Positions 19,338 through 29,639 of a stretch of DNA of 64,000 nt are shown one piece after another. Every line of letters begins with the position of its first letter. Position 1 is the first letter of the stretch. Both the position numbers and the translations under genes were made by a program. The DNA lies in assembly GCA_963748215.1 (NCBI GenBank), contig CAVVHS010000006.1:339259-403258 (forward strand). Direction: 5' to 3'. Origin of the DNA: an uncultured Gammaproteobacteria bacterium. Its GTDB lineage: Bacteria; Pseudomonadota; Gammaproteobacteria; UBA9214. The notes under the pieces were generated by a model. The model saw only the letters and a program-made list of their open reading frames with translations. It was not told the origin of the DNA and searched no databases.

Positions 19338-20057
19338 CTATTTCTTTCCTCCCTCCAGTCGCCCCCCCTGCTGAAGCCATTGGGCCACCAGCCAGCAGGC
19401 GGCGGCCCAGGCCGCTCCGGCCGCCCAGCCGGCCAATACATCGCTTGGCCAGTGAACCCCGAGATAGACGCGACTGACACCGACCAGCAACGTAGCCAGC
19501 ACAGAGCAGCCGATCAGGTAGATCCGTACCCTGCGCGCGGCGTGTGCCACCGCCAGCAAGGCGCCGCCGGTGAGATAAACCACCGCCGACAGCATCGAAT
19601 GGCCGCTGGGAAAACTGGATGTATAGATCATCGAACCGTGAGCCACCAGGTCCGGGCGTGGCCGGTCAAAACCGTTCTTGAGTGCCAGGCTCAGCAGCAG
19701 GCCACCCAGTATCGCCGACAGTACGAACAACGCGACCCGCGGCAGACCCTGTAGCCAGAGGTAGCCTATCGAAACCAGGGTGAGCAGGCCGAGCACCCCG
19801 ATACCCCCCAGGGCCGTGAAGTCACGGAACATTTCCTCCACCCAGGCAGGGCCCAGCGGGTCGCCGGGGTCCCCTGGTACGCGCGTCGCCAGCAGCAGCC
19901 ATCGGTCGAGCCGCGCGGTGTCGCCTTCCAGCATCTCATCGGCGATGCCGATAAAGGCGAATAATCCAAAGCCGAAAATCAATAGTGCCAGCGAGGCAAA
20001 ATGATGCCGGGCGAATAGTCTGGGAGAGACAGAAGCCGTTTTTTGCTTAGCACTCAC
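19338..20057 (-). CDS. PAP2-family membrane phosphatase
   Basis: KxxxxxxRP (GFDRPRPD), PSGH and SRVYLGVHWPSD motifs with several TM helices. Confidence 0.7.
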   Translation of the reverse strand: MSAKQKTASVSPRLFARHHFASLALLIFGFGLFAFIGIADEMLEGDTARLDRWLLLATRVPGDPGDPLGPAWVEEMFRDFTALGGIGVLGLLTLVSIGYLWLQGLPRVALFVLSAILGGLLLSLALKNGFDRPRPDLVAHGSMIYTSSFPSGHSMLSAVVYLTGGALLAVAHAARRVRIYLIGCSVLATLLVGVSRVYLGVHWPSDVLAGWAAGAAWAAACWLVAQWLQQGGRLEGGKK

Positions 20058-20188
20058 CTGGCATTACCCCTGAAATAAAAGGGCCAGAAACATTTTCTGA
20101 ATTGGCATCAGTAAAATTCTGTGTGCTCTGTGCACTCTGAGGCAGGTTATTTGTATTTTCCCTGCGCCTCCGCGCGAGACAGGGTTTC

Positions 20189-20860
20189 TCAGACATCCGA
20201 CCACATGCGCACCAGGTTGATGTAGGACTGGTTGACCTGCACGGTTTCCGCTGCGTCCGGTCTATCATGCAACAATACCTCGCGTGCCTGGTTCAGGTCG
20301 TGCAGCAGCGCGCGGCGGTCGGGTTCGCGCACCAGGCTCTGTATCCAGCTCACGGCGACCAGGCGTTCGCCGCGGGTGACTTCGGCGACGCGGTGGATGC
20401 TGGAGGAGGGGTAGATCACGGCGTCGCCGGCCGACAGCTTGACCTGCTGGTCGCCGAACGGGGTCTGGATGCATAGCTCGCCGCCATCGTAGTCCTGCGG
20501 TTCATTCAGGAAGATCGTTACCGACACATCGGACCGGTACAGGTCACCCTGGCCCATGATCGGGTCGTCGACATGATTACCGTAGGCCATGCCGGGCAGG
20601 TAGCGGGCGTAGTAGGGCGTGGCGGTCTTGCGTGGCATGGCTGCGCTGCGGAATACCGCATGCCGGACCAGGCTGCCCATCACCAGGTTGTTGAGTTCGC
20701 TCATGCGTGCCGGGTCCAGCGCCAGTTCCTCGTTCAGCTTGACGCGCCGTGCCGCCGTACCGGCAGAGCCGCGGCCGTCACCGAAGCGTCCGCCGGCGAT
20801 CAGCCGTTCGACGGTATTGAGTTGCGAGCGGTCGAGCACGCCCTCTATACGGGTGAGCAT
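20189..20860 (-). CDS. PKHD-type hydroxylase (YbiX-like Fe(II)/2OG oxygenase)
   Basis: 223 aa; MLTRIEGVLDRSQL start and HxD...H motifs typical of YbiX/PiuC. Confidence 0.7.
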   Translation of the reverse strand: MLTRIEGVLDRSQLNTVERLIAGGRFGDGRGSAGTAARRVKLNEELALDPARMSELNNLVMGSLVRHAVFRSAAMPRKTATPYYARYLPGMAYGNHVDDPIMGQGDLYRSDVSVTIFLNEPQDYDGGELCIQTPFGDQQVKLSAGDAVIYPSSSIHRVAEVTRGERLVAVSWIQSLVREPDRRALLHDLNQAREVLLHDRPDAAETVQVNQSYINLVRMWSDV

Positions 20861-20941
20861 GAATCAGTCCTGCAGCCGGTGGCGGGTATGCGGTAACATA
20901 AACACGATACAGTCAGTGTAACCAAAATCAGGGCGCTAATC

Positions 20942-21265
20942 ATGATTCTGAACGTGGTGGTGGAGGAACAGGTCTATCCGGTCAAGGTGCCGGATATGCT
21001 GATCAACGAGGCAGGTGACTTCTTCGACAAGATGGATGCCGACATGGATAAGGGCTGGCAGATGAGTCGCGACTGGGTGGATAACCCGACCCTGGAACAA
21101 CGCTGCCAGATCGTCGGTGACAAGATGCTCACCGCCATGCACCAGGACAACAAGAAGATGCTGCTGCTGCTGTCCGCCTACATCCTCGCGCGGGCGCCGG
21201 GCGTGACCGGCATCCGTATCGATAGCAATGGCGAGATGCTGGAAACCGAGCTGGTGACGGACTGA
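20942..21265 (+). CDS. Hypothetical protein (107 aa)
   Basis: ORF only. Confidence 0.4.
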   Translation: MILNVVVEEQVYPVKVPDMLINEAGDFFDKMDADMDKGWQMSRDWVDNPTLEQRCQIVGDKMLTAMHQDNKKMLLLLSAYILARAPGVTGIRIDSNGEMLETELVTD

Positions 21266-21292
21266 GTGCACTGACTGCCGCGTAGACTGCCC

Positions 21293-21676
21293 ATGGCCGA
21301 CCTGTTTTCCGTTACCGCGCCCTTACTGATCCGTTATCCCGATGGCCACCGGCACATCATGCTGGAACGCTTCGCGTATGGCCCGGGCCATGCCCGTAAT
21401 AATGGCTCGGCTTCTCCGGCGGGACTGGTCTATTTCCGACCGTTCTGGGACCGGCTGGGTGAGGAGGGCATTTGCCTGGTGCAGGGCGAACTGCGCGGTG
21501 ACGGGCCATGGAAGGTCGGTGCCGCGGTGATCACGGTGCTGGGCTGCCACGGCAGCGATCCCGTCGAGGCTGCCGAGTACGCCGACTGGCTGCTGCATCG
21601 CGAGCAGCTCGCCGACAACTACCCGGATCGTGAAACGCTACGGGACATGGCACGCAGTGCCGGTTACCTGCCCTGA
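21293..21676 (+). CDS. Hypothetical protein (127 aa)
   Basis: ORF only; paired with the preceding gene. Confidence 0.4.
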   Translation: MADLFSVTAPLLIRYPDGHRHIMLERFAYGPGHARNNGSASPAGLVYFRPFWDRLGEEGICLVQGELRGDGPWKVGAAVITVLGCHGSDPVEAAEYADWLLHREQLADNYPDRETLRDMARSAGYLP

Positions 21677-22119
21677 GCGGTGCTGCCGCCGAACCGCTTG
21701 CTCATTTTCACGTGGGCGATACGGTTGAACAGCGTGTGTCCGGCGCCATCCACCGCATAACCCTGCTTGCGATAGAAGCCAAGCGCGGTTTCCCGTGCAT
21801 CCAGTACGATGCGTGCGGCGCCCAGTGCGCACGCCCTGTGCTCGAGCGCATGGAGCAGCCGGCTGCCGAGACCGCTGCGCTGCTGCGCTACCTCGACCGC
21901 CATGAAGCGGATCTGCGCCTCGCGGATGGTGTTGAAATGCAGGCGTCCCACGGCCAGCGGCTTGCCGCCGTCATCGACCAGCATGAGATGGGTGCTGCCG
22001 GCATCCTGCGCATCGCACTCGCTGCCGCGTGGCTGGTCCCAGGGCGCGCGCAGGATGCGCCAGCGCAGGTCGTAGTATCGCCGGTACTCGTCGGCGCTGG
22101 TCGGCTCGATGAGGCGCAT
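21664..22119 (-). CDS. GNAT-family N-acetyltransferase
   Basis: QRSGLGSRLL...GFYRKQGY acetyl-CoA-binding motif. Confidence 0.7.
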   Translation of the reverse strand: MRLIEPTSADEYRRYYDLRWRILRAPWDQPRGSECDAQDAGSTHLMLVDDGGKPLAVGRLHFNTIREAQIRFMAVEVAQQRSGLGSRLLHALEHRACALGAARIVLDARETALGFYRKQGYAVDGAGHTLFNRIAHVKMSKRFGGSTAQGR

Positions 22120-22139
22120 GCCGGGCCGGGTGCGGTTGC

Positions 22140-22752
22140 TCAGGCGAACACGACCCAGGTAGTGGCGATGTACTTGACGCCCTGCTCGAGTCTGGCGCCA
22201 CGGTGTTCGTGGGTCCAGAACGGCGGAAACAGCAGCAGCTTGCCGGCCTCGGGCTGAATCTGGACGTCCTGGCAGGAAAACTCGGTGGCCCCGCCGGGGC
22301 CGGGCACATCGTTCAGGTACCAGACCGCCACCAGCTGGCGCTGGCTGAAATCGTGGCTGCCGCCGTCGATGTGCCAGTGATAGAACTCGCCGGGCAGGGT
22401 GCGCTGGATGGCATAGCCGCTGTCCTTGAATGGGCCGCCGAAAAAGGGATAGGCATTGCGGAATTCCTGGATGGCCCGTCCCAGCGACCGAAACAGCTCG
22501 CGATCGATGTCCTGCCAGTGTTCCTTGCCGCTGACCACCAGGTCGGTCGAGCGCTTGATGTCGCGTTCCTGCTGCACGGTCTGGCCGACGCGGCCGGGAT
22601 ACTGTTCATCCGTGCGTTCCTCGAAGCGGCGGATCATCTCGTTGCATATGTCGAGCGGCAATGCGCGTGGCTTCTCGAAGATGAAACTCAGCGGCTTTAC
22701 CTCGCGGAGAGTGGTCAGTGGCGCGGTCGGTGCCGTAGCGGATTGTTTCATG
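22140..22752 (-). CDS. 2OG-Fe(II) oxygenase superfamily protein (TIGR02466-like), second copy
   Basis: FYHWHIDGGSHDF ... FPPFWTHEH. The track ORF runs to 22817; the likely start is MKQSATAP. Confidence 0.55.
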
Positions 22753-22771
22753 ACAGTCGGTGTCTGCGTGG

Positions 22772-23857
22772 TCAGAGCTGGTTCGATTCGATGGTGGCGA
22801 TGAGTTGCTGCCGGCACCCGGTGCCTTGCCGGTCGAACAGGTCAAGCAGCTCGCCGGCCAGTGTCGTCCAGTGCGCCGCCGAGCGGTCAGAGAGTTGCTC
22901 GAGTTCACGGGTATTCCCGGTAATCGTCCAGATCTCGTAGGCGGCGAGCAGTTGCGGAAACAGTTCCTTGCGCATGCTGGACAGGCTGCCGATGTAGCAA
23001 TGCAGTGTCGCCGGGTTGTTCTCCGCCAGCAGGCCGGGCAGCGTCGAAAGCGCGTCCGCCAGGTGATCGCGCACGGCGCGCAGCATGATCTCCTCCCTGC
23101 TGTGGCCGAGTCTCACCAGCATGTCTTCCCAGCCGGGACCGAGCAGTTTGCCGGCCTGCACCTCGCCGATCTCGTGCAGCATCACCGTGTTCAGCTCGCT
23201 GTCGGTCATCGCCTCGAGCGATTCGTCCGGTGCGTTCTCGAAGTCATAGCACTCGAGGGCGTGCTGCATGGCATTGGCCGGGCGGTTCCAGCGCCATTCC
23301 TCGAGTCGTTCCCACAGCATCCTGCGCAGCGACTCGCGACGGATGAAGATGGTGCCGTCCAGGCTCATGGCCGGCGGCGCAGCGAGGTCGCGCGCCAGCT
23401 CCCGGCCGGATACCAGCAACTGGTAATCATCACGTTGCCGGTGGACCTCGAGCGTGCCCATGAAGAACACCGGCTTCATGCCGGGACCGTAGCCGCTGCT
23501 GTAGACATACCCGAGCGGATTCAGCACGGCATTGATCGCGGCGCTATCGAAAGGACTGAAGCGTTCATTGCCGACCGGTATATTCTCGAAGCGGCTGTGC
23601 TCGAGGCTGTCCCAGTGCGTCTCGCGCCGGGTCAGCCAGTCGGTCAGCTGGTCGTGCGGCAAGGCGGCCCCGAACGGCAGGCCGTGTTCCCAGCGAAAGT
23701 ACTCGCGCATCTTGAGCAGGTAGACGCACAGGGTGTAGTTGGTGGCGAATTGCGCATCGGAGATATGGCAGTTGGTGCGCACAGCACCGAGCGTCGGCAT
23801 CAGTGCGCTGATGTCGGCTGCTGCTGCGAATGGACTGGGTCTGCCGTTGGTCTTCAC
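22772..23857 (-). CDS. Hypothetical protein (361 aa)
   Basis: Long ORF with coding-like composition; overlaps the downstream gene start (translational coupling). Confidence 0.5.
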   Translation of the reverse strand: MKTNGRPSPFAAAADISALMPTLGAVRTNCHISDAQFATNYTLCVYLLKMREYFRWEHGLPFGAALPHDQLTDWLTRRETHWDSLEHSRFENIPVGNERFSPFDSAAINAVLNPLGYVYSSGYGPGMKPVFFMGTLEVHRQRDDYQLLVSGRELARDLAAPPAMSLDGTIFIRRESLRRMLWERLEEWRWNRPANAMQHALECYDFENAPDESLEAMTDSELNTVMLHEIGEVQAGKLLGPGWEDMLVRLGHSREEIMLRAVRDHLADALSTLPGLLAENNPATLHCYIGSLSSMRKELFPQLLAAYEIWTITGNTRELEQLSDRSAAHWTTLAGELLDLFDRQGTGCRQQLIATIESNQL

Positions 23858-23900
23858 ACTCGTTACCCTGATAATTCCGCTGTTTTTTCTATGCTAGCAT

Positions 23901-24521
23901 GTGACATTATGCCTCGCCATTATCATCGTCTGGCAGCCAGGACGGGGCGGCAGGAGAGCCGGTGTGAGAGTCAAGAGCAAGTGGAATATCAAGGAACGGG
24001 AACGCAGTCTGGCCGAGATCGGCGGCGCGGCAGCGTTTATCCTGTGGCGCATTGCGCAGCAGGGTACGCTCAACCTCGAGAACGAGGGCTTCCAGACCGA
24101 CACCAACGCCCAGCGCCTGGATATCATCGCGGAGTTTGTGGCTTTTCTGGTGCACATGGCCGACCGGCTGAAGGCCACGGAGCTGGACCAGACGCAACGC
24201 CAGGAATTCATCACTTCGCTGGCGCGTCACCTGGCGGACCAGGTGCAGGACAACCGTACCGATGCGCAGGGCAAGGGAGAATACCGGCAGGCGTTTATCG
24301 AACTGCTCAACTCACGTACCGCGGACTACGCCGAATTTACCATGGTGGATGGCGAGCCCGGCTACGCCCTGAAACGCTACTTCGGGGAGAACGTGCGCGC
24401 CGTGATGGGCGAGAAGGACAACAAGTGGATCACCGACCAGGTGATGGAAATCGAGTTGCCCGAGGCGATGACACCGCTGCGCAAGGCGCTGCGCGAGCTG
24501 TTTGCGCGCCCGGAGACATAA
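23901..24521 (+). CDS. Hypothetical protein (~190-206 aa)
   Basis: ORF; possible GTG start near 23961; followed by a terminator. Confidence 0.45.
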   Translation: MTLCLAIIIVWQPGRGGRRAGVRVKSKWNIKERERSLAEIGGAAAFILWRIAQQGTLNLENEGFQTDTNAQRLDIIAEFVAFLVHMADRLKATELDQTQRQEFITSLARHLADQVQDNRTDAQGKGEYRQAFIELLNSRTADYAEFTMVDGEPGYALKRYFGENVRAVMGEKDNKWITDQVMEIELPEAMTPLRKALRELFARPET

Positions 24522-24549
24522 AAAAAGGCGGGGCAGGCCCGCCTTTTTC
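24519..24549. terminator. Bidirectional rho-independent terminator between convergent genes
   Basis: aaaaaaAGGCGGGgcagGCCCGCCTttttc. Confidence 0.55.
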
Positions 24550-24567
24550 AGTTCGACCCCGCGGGGT

Positions 24568-24762
24568 CTATTTTTTCCACTCGCCGAAGTTGTCGGCGTT
24601 GTGCGCCTTGCCGTCTTCGTAGCCGGCGGAGTAGGCGTCGGTGACACGCTGCTCTTCACGCTCCGGGTTCAGCAGGTAACCGCCCTGCCAGCCCTGGATG
24701 TAATCCGGGTCGACGCCATTTTCTTCCATCTTGGTGACTGCGTTGTAGTATTCCTGGTTCAT
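24568..24762 (-). CDS. Small hypothetical protein (64 aa)
   Basis: ORF ending at the bidirectional terminator. Confidence 0.35.
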   Translation of the reverse strand: MNQEYYNAVTKMEENGVDPDYIQGWQGGYLLNPEREEQRVTDAYSAGYEDGKAHNADNFGEWKK

Positions 24763-24820
24763 CGTTGCTTCCTCGTCTCGGTCTATGTTTGGGTTGAAAG
24801 GGTTGCCGCCGCGCGCCTGT

Positions 24821-25951
24821 TCAGCCGCGTGCCGCCGTAAAGTGTGACAGTGCTGCCCCCGAATCGATTGCCGCTGCTACCGCTGCCGCCGCGTCCTCGA
24901 GGGTGGCGTGGCGGCGCAGGTGATGCAGCATGATGGCGGCGCCGTAGACCAGGCTGTCACGTGCCGCGCCCGGTATTCCCTGCAGTGCGGACAGGCCGGC
25001 CGCTGCCGCAGCCTGCGCCGCTGCCGCGCTGTCGAATGCTGCTGTGTCACTGCCTTCGATGGTGTCCGGTGCATTGTCCTGCGGGAGCGGGACAGTGCGG
25101 GTCTGCTGCACGATACCGATCATTTCGGGGTGTACTTCCTGCGGGTATTCCGCGCCGCCGTCATGATAGCAGAATACCAATGCCGGTTGTTTCAGCGAGG
25201 GAATGACGCCGCCCTCGACGCCGCGAATGATGGCCGCCGAGGCGAAGCCGGCGTGGCGCGCCAGCTGCGCATAGACCGGCGGATAGGCCTTGTGCACATA
25301 GCCGGTCATCAGATGGGTACGTGCGGCACCGCGCACCGGTCCGGTCAGCGTTTCGACCGTGGTCAGGACCGGTCGCTTCACGATGCGGGTGCGCAGCGGG
25401 ATCAGGTCATGCAGGCGGGGCGCGGAGTGCTTCTGGTCCACGTAGCCCCAGCCGATGGCGGGGTCGGCGATCCGGGCGGCAGCCTGTTGCGGGGAGAGGT
25501 CGACCTCGACGCCGGCGGCACGCAGTACCTTGCGGTGCGTGACGCCATACTTCGGGCCGACGGCTTCCAGGCCGTGCGTGACGGCCGGTACACCGCAGGC
25601 GGCAAATACAGCCGGCAGGAAGGGCGACATCGGCAGTCCACGCGTGTAACCGTCATAGGGATCGGCCACGTCGATGAGTTCGTCGACGGCGGCGGTGACC
25701 GGGTTCATGGTGTCGAGAATGGCCTGCAGTACGCCGGCGTTCTCCGCGTCGGTCTCGCGCTTCATGCGCAGGGCGATCAGCAGCACGGCCGCCTGAACCG
25801 GATCCGATTTTCCTTCCAGGATGTGACGCATGGCGGCATAGGCCTCATCGAAGGGCAGGTCCTTGCTGAACTCCGGGCCGGTCGCCACCTTCTGGATGCA
25901 GCTACGCATCAACAGGTCGGTGTCGCTCCCGCTTATCATCCGTGCCGCCAT
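24821..25951 (-). CDS. TrpD2/YbiB-family protein (anthranilate phosphoribosyltransferase-like, glycosyl transferase family 3 fold)
   Basis: 376 aa with TrpD-like N-terminal helical and alpha/beta domains. Not in a trp operon context. Confidence 0.65.
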   Translation of the reverse strand: MAARMISGSDTDLLMRSCIQKVATGPEFSKDLPFDEAYAAMRHILEGKSDPVQAAVLLIALRMKRETDAENAGVLQAILDTMNPVTAAVDELIDVADPYDGYTRGLPMSPFLPAVFAACGVPAVTHGLEAVGPKYGVTHRKVLRAAGVEVDLSPQQAAARIADPAIGWGYVDQKHSAPRLHDLIPLRTRIVKRPVLTTVETLTGPVRGAARTHLMTGYVHKAYPPVYAQLARHAGFASAAIIRGVEGGVIPSLKQPALVFCYHDGGAEYPQEVHPEMIGIVQQTRTVPLPQDNAPDTIEGSDTAAFDSAAAAQAAAAAGLSALQGIPGAARDSLVYGAAIMLHHLRRHATLEDAAAAVAAAIDSGAALSHFTAARG

Positions 25952-26193
25952 AATACTTCGCTAGCTTGTTGTTTCAATTGGATTTACAGTCGAGTCGAGG
26001 AGTATACAGGAGGGTAAATTGACCCCGTATATCCCGATGGAGAGAGTAATGGCAGTCCTGAGTTGCGTTGTATCCATATGAAAATCGTAGACATTCTCTC
26101 TTTAGAGGTATTCGATACCGAGCTGCGAATGACTAGCATAGACACTCTCTCATCCCGGTGCGTCCGGGAAATCCACGACCCAAGAGGCAGTGC

Positions 26194-26628
26194 ATGGCAG
26201 ACGAGCTGAACAGTTCCGACTATAGCAGTGGAGTGGCCGCATTCGAGGCCAAGAATTTTTCCCAGGCGATGCGGCTGCTGTCGCCGCTGGCGGATGCCGG
26301 CGATGCCGATGCGCAGCACCGCGTGGCGATCATGTGCCAGAACGGTCTCGGCATGGTGCGTAACGAACTCCGCGCCTACAAGATGATGAAGGCCGCTGCC
26401 GAGCAGGGTTACGCGATCGCCCAGCACGGTCTCGGCTTCATGTACCTGGAGGGCGAGTGCGTCGAGCAGGACAGTGCCAGGGCGGCCGAGTGGTTTCGCA
26501 AGGCGGCCGACCAGGGGCTGGCGGGTTCGCTCACGACCCTGGCCCTGATGTACGAACAGGGTAACGGTGTCGAGAAAGACCCGGATGAGGCGAAGCGGCT
26601 CTATGCCAGGGCCGGGTTTGACCTCTGA
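26194..26628 (+). CDS. Sel1-like (TPR-like) repeat protein
   Basis: Repeated AQxxLGxMYxxGxGVxxDxxxAxxWxxKAA Sel1 motifs. Confidence 0.6.
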   Translation: MADELNSSDYSSGVAAFEAKNFSQAMRLLSPLADAGDADAQHRVAIMCQNGLGMVRNELRAYKMMKAAAEQGYAIAQHGLGFMYLEGECVEQDSARAAEWFRKAADQGLAGSLTTLALMYEQGNGVEKDPDEAKRLYARAGFDL

Positions 26629-26637
26629 CGCGGCCGC

Positions 26638-27792
26638 TTGCTGAGCGGAGCGGCCTACATGGACCTGACGGCGGAAGACGACCTGCGGGTGAACGTACTG
26701 CTGGCCGGCACGCTCAAGGCCGTGCGCATCGACGAATCCAAGATGACGCTGCATGCGCTGTCCGACAAGGGTGAAGCGAAGATCCAGCTGAATCCGAACT
26801 GTCGCGACGAATCCTACCTGCGGCGCGTGCGTGAGACCCTGTCCAGCCACGTGCTGGGTTCGCCGGGCGGATACCCGGTTTACCTGAAGCGCTGGACGCG
26901 CATGGGCCAGGCGCGTGACAGCATCCTCGAATCGCTGTTGCTGCTGGGCGAGCCCGAGGCGGTGGTGGCCGTGGTCAATGCACCGGGTATTACCGATGAA
27001 ATCGCCAGTCGCGCCTGGTGGGCGTCGCAGAATTCCGAGAACGCGCGCTGCATGCTGCGCCAGGAGGCGGTGATGGAGGGGCGCATGGGGCCGGTACTGG
27101 CGCAGTTTCTGCTCGAATTCCTGCCGTTCGAGGAAGAGGCGCGGGATCAGATCCGCTCGGTGCAGCTGGTGCTGCAGGGGGAGCTGATCGATGCCGCGGA
27201 ACGGCAGTGCCTGTGGGAAAAGGGCAAACACCGCAACGCGTTCCACGTCGGCTTCCTGCAGGCCCTGCCTGATGATCTGCCGGACGAACAGGCGCCCGGC
27301 CCGGCCTGGGAGCAGGTGGGACGGGCAGTAGCGGCTCTCATGCCGGTGGGCAATCCGTTCGCCATGCAGTTGTGCCGCCTGCTTGGCCCGGCGGGTCAGG
27401 CGTTTCTTGCCACTGTCGAGAGTGTGCTGAAGAAACCGTCCAATCAGGACGTCGTGGTCGAGTTGATGCACGCACTGGCAGCCCATGCGCGCGACCTGCC
27501 TGTCCCGCGAACGCGATTCACCCGTGTCGATGAAATCAGCGCGGTCGTGGATCAACTGCTCGCCGCTGCCGGGCAGGGCGATCCCGCATGGCGGGATCTC
27601 GCGGACGTATTGCAGGAATTGCCAGGCAATGTGCATCATATCCGTGCGATGCTGTTTCTTGGACTGCTGGATGAGCCGCTGCTCGATCCGGTGTTCGCGG
27701 GGACCGACGCGATCGGTTCGGTCATGCGCAAGAAGCTCGAACCGGTCACCGGGCCCATGCTGCAGCAGATCGCAGTTCTCAGGGGTTTGTAA
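26638..27792 (+). CDS. Hypothetical protein (384 aa)
   Basis: ORF. The antisense track ORF 25984-27639(-) is judged spurious. Confidence 0.5.
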   Translation: MLSGAAYMDLTAEDDLRVNVLLAGTLKAVRIDESKMTLHALSDKGEAKIQLNPNCRDESYLRRVRETLSSHVLGSPGGYPVYLKRWTRMGQARDSILESLLLLGEPEAVVAVVNAPGITDEIASRAWWASQNSENARCMLRQEAVMEGRMGPVLAQFLLEFLPFEEEARDQIRSVQLVLQGELIDAAERQCLWEKGKHRNAFHVGFLQALPDDLPDEQAPGPAWEQVGRAVAALMPVGNPFAMQLCRLLGPAGQAFLATVESVLKKPSNQDVVVELMHALAAHARDLPVPRTRFTRVDEISAVVDQLLAAAGQGDPAWRDLADVLQELPGNVHHIRAMLFLGLLDEPLLDPVFAGTDAIGSVMRKKLEPVTGPMLQQIAVLRGL

Positions 27793-27810
27793 TCAACAAG
27801 GGAATGCCAG

Positions 27811-28071
27811 ATGGTAGATATACGTATGTACTGCACCGCCTTTTGTCCCTATTGCGTGCGTGCGGAGATGTTGCTCAAGTCAAAGGGCGTGATGGATATC
27901 GACAAGATCTTCATCGACAACATGCCGGACGGGTTCCAGGAACTGTCCAGGCTGACCGGGCGCAGGACGGTGCCGCAGATCTACATCGGCGAGCAGCATA
28001 TCGGTGGCTATGATGATCTCGCCGCGCTGGACAAGCGTGGCGGGCTGGATCCGCTGCTGGCGACGGACTGA
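27811..28071 (+). CDS. grxC: Glutaredoxin (Grx3-type, CPYC active site)
   Basis: YCTAFCPYC ... TVPQIYIGEQHIGGYDDL. Confidence 0.8.
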   Translation: MVDIRMYCTAFCPYCVRAEMLLKSKGVMDIDKIFIDNMPDGFQELSRLTGRRTVPQIYIGEQHIGGYDDLAALDKRGGLDPLLATD

Positions 28072-28095
28072 TTCACCGCGCGGACGCAGAACAAC

Positions 28096-29496
28096 ATGGA
28101 TTACCTGCCGATTTTCCTGAAAGTCAGAGAGCGTCCCTGCCTGGTGGTGGGGGGAGGCAAGGTGGCCGCGCGCAAGGTGGCCCTGTTGCTCAGGGCCGGC
28201 GCCCGTGTCACGGTCGTGTCGCCGGAATCCTGCGCCGAGGTCGCCTCGCAGACGGCCGGGAGCAACGTGACCTGCGTGGAACGCACGTTCCAGCCGGCTG
28301 ATATCAGCGGCATGGTGCTGGCGATCGCGGCTACCAACGACGTGGCGGTCAACCGCCACGTGTATGAGCTGGCCACGCAGCAGGGGATTCCGGTCAACGT
28401 GGTCGACAATCCCGCCTTGTGCAGTTTCATCGTGCCCTCGATCATCGATCGCTCGCCGGTCCAGGTGGCGGTATCCACCGGCGGGGCGTCGCCGGTGCTG
28501 GCGCGCCTGTTGCGGGCCCGCCTGGAGAGTTTCATCCCGTCCGCCTATGGCAGGCTGGCGCGCCTGGTCGATGAATACCGCCAGCGTGTCAAGCTGCGCT
28601 TTCCAGGTGCCGGTCAAAGGCGCTACTTCTGGGAAAGCATCCTGCAGGGGCGTGTTGCCGAGCTGCTGTTTGCCGGCCAGGAGGACAAGGCGCGCGCGGC
28701 CTTGCAGGAGGCCATCGACGACACCAGTGAAAACTACGACAGCGGCGGCGAGGTCTACCTGGTCGGTGCCGGTCCGGGTGATCCCGACCTGATCACCTTT
28801 CGCGCGCTGCGGCTGATGCAACAGGCCGACGTGGTGGTGTACGACCGGCTGGTCGCACAGCCGATCCTGGACATGGTGCGACGCGATGCCGACCTGATCT
28901 ATGCAGGCAAGGAACGTGACAAGCATACGCTTAGCCAGGAAAGCATCAACGAGCTGCTGGTGCGGCTGGCCAGGGAAGGCAAGCGGGTGCTGCGGCTGAA
29001 AGGGGGTGACCCCTTCATCTTCGGGCGCGGCGGCGAGGAGATCGAGACCCTGGCGCAGGAGGGGATACCCTTCCAGGTGGTGCCAGGGATTACCGCCGCT
29101 TCCGGCTGTGCGTCATATGCCGGTATCCCGCTGACGCACCGCGACCATGCGCAATCCTGCATCTTCGTGACCGGGCACCTGAAAGATGGCAGTGTCAATC
29201 TCGACTGGGAGCGATTGGCGAAACCGTCACAGACCATCGTGTTCTACATGGGCATGTACAGCATAGCCGCGATCAGCAGGGAGTTGATTGCCCACGGCTT
29301 GCCGCCGGATACGCCGGTGGCCCTCGTGCAGCAGGGTACCACCCCGCAGCAGCGCGTCTATATCGAGACGCTGGCGTCCCTGCCGAGCCTCGGCGAACGT
29401 CACGAGGTCAAGCCACCGACCATCATTATCGTGGGTTCGGTTGTCAGCCTGCACAGCAAGCTCGAGTGGTTCCGCAGCGCCTCGACGGGGCAATAA
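28096..29496 (+). CDS. cysG: Siroheme synthase CysG (precorrin-2 dehydrogenase/ferrochelatase + uroporphyrinogen-III C-methyltransferase)
   Basis: 466 aa with an N-terminal NAD-binding GGGKVAARK motif and a C-terminal SAM methyltransferase domain ([15 protein letters not shown]). Confidence 0.9.
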   Translation: MDYLPIFLKVRERPCLVVGGGKVAARKVALLLRAGARVTVVSPESCAEVASQTAGSNVTCVERTFQPADISGMVLAIAATNDVAVNRHVYELATQQGIPVNVVDNPALCSFIVPSIIDRSPVQVAVSTGGASPVLARLLRARLESFIPSAYGRLARLVDEYRQRVKLRFPGAGQRRYFWESILQGRVAELLFAGQEDKARAALQEAIDDTSENYDSGGEVYLVGAGPGDPDLITFRALRLMQQADVVVYDRLVAQPILDMVRRDADLIYAGKERDKHTLSQESINELLVRLAREGKRVLRLKGGDPFIFGRGGEEIETLAQEGIPFQVVPGITAASGCASYAGIPLTHRDHAQSCIFVTGHLKDGSVNLDWERLAKPSQTIVFYMGMYSIAAISRELIAHGLPPDTPVALVQQGTTPQQRVYIETLASLPSLGERHEVKPPTIIIVGSVVSLHSKLEWFRSASTGQ

Positions 29497-29639
29497 CCTA
29501 CCAATACTGCATGGTATGGATTCTGCTTTCTGTAGGAATTTTCCTATTTTCCGTAAATTTCCCGATCGCTAGCCTCACTCGTGTAAAAGTGGTATTAGGG
29601 AAAAACAAATAACTTATGGATGATAGAGGAGGGGGGAAG

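Noticed and set aside
22760-24622. 620-aa plus-strand ORF
   Set aside because: Its first half is antisense to the 361-aa minus-strand gene and its second half overlaps gene 23901-24521 in another frame, producing a Gly/Arg-rich tail. It is a composite artefact.
25984-27639. 551-aa minus-strand ORF
   Set aside because: It is antisense to two plus-strand genes with recognizable content (a Sel1 repeat protein and a 384-aa ORF). It is Arg/His/Gln-rich with no domain signatures.
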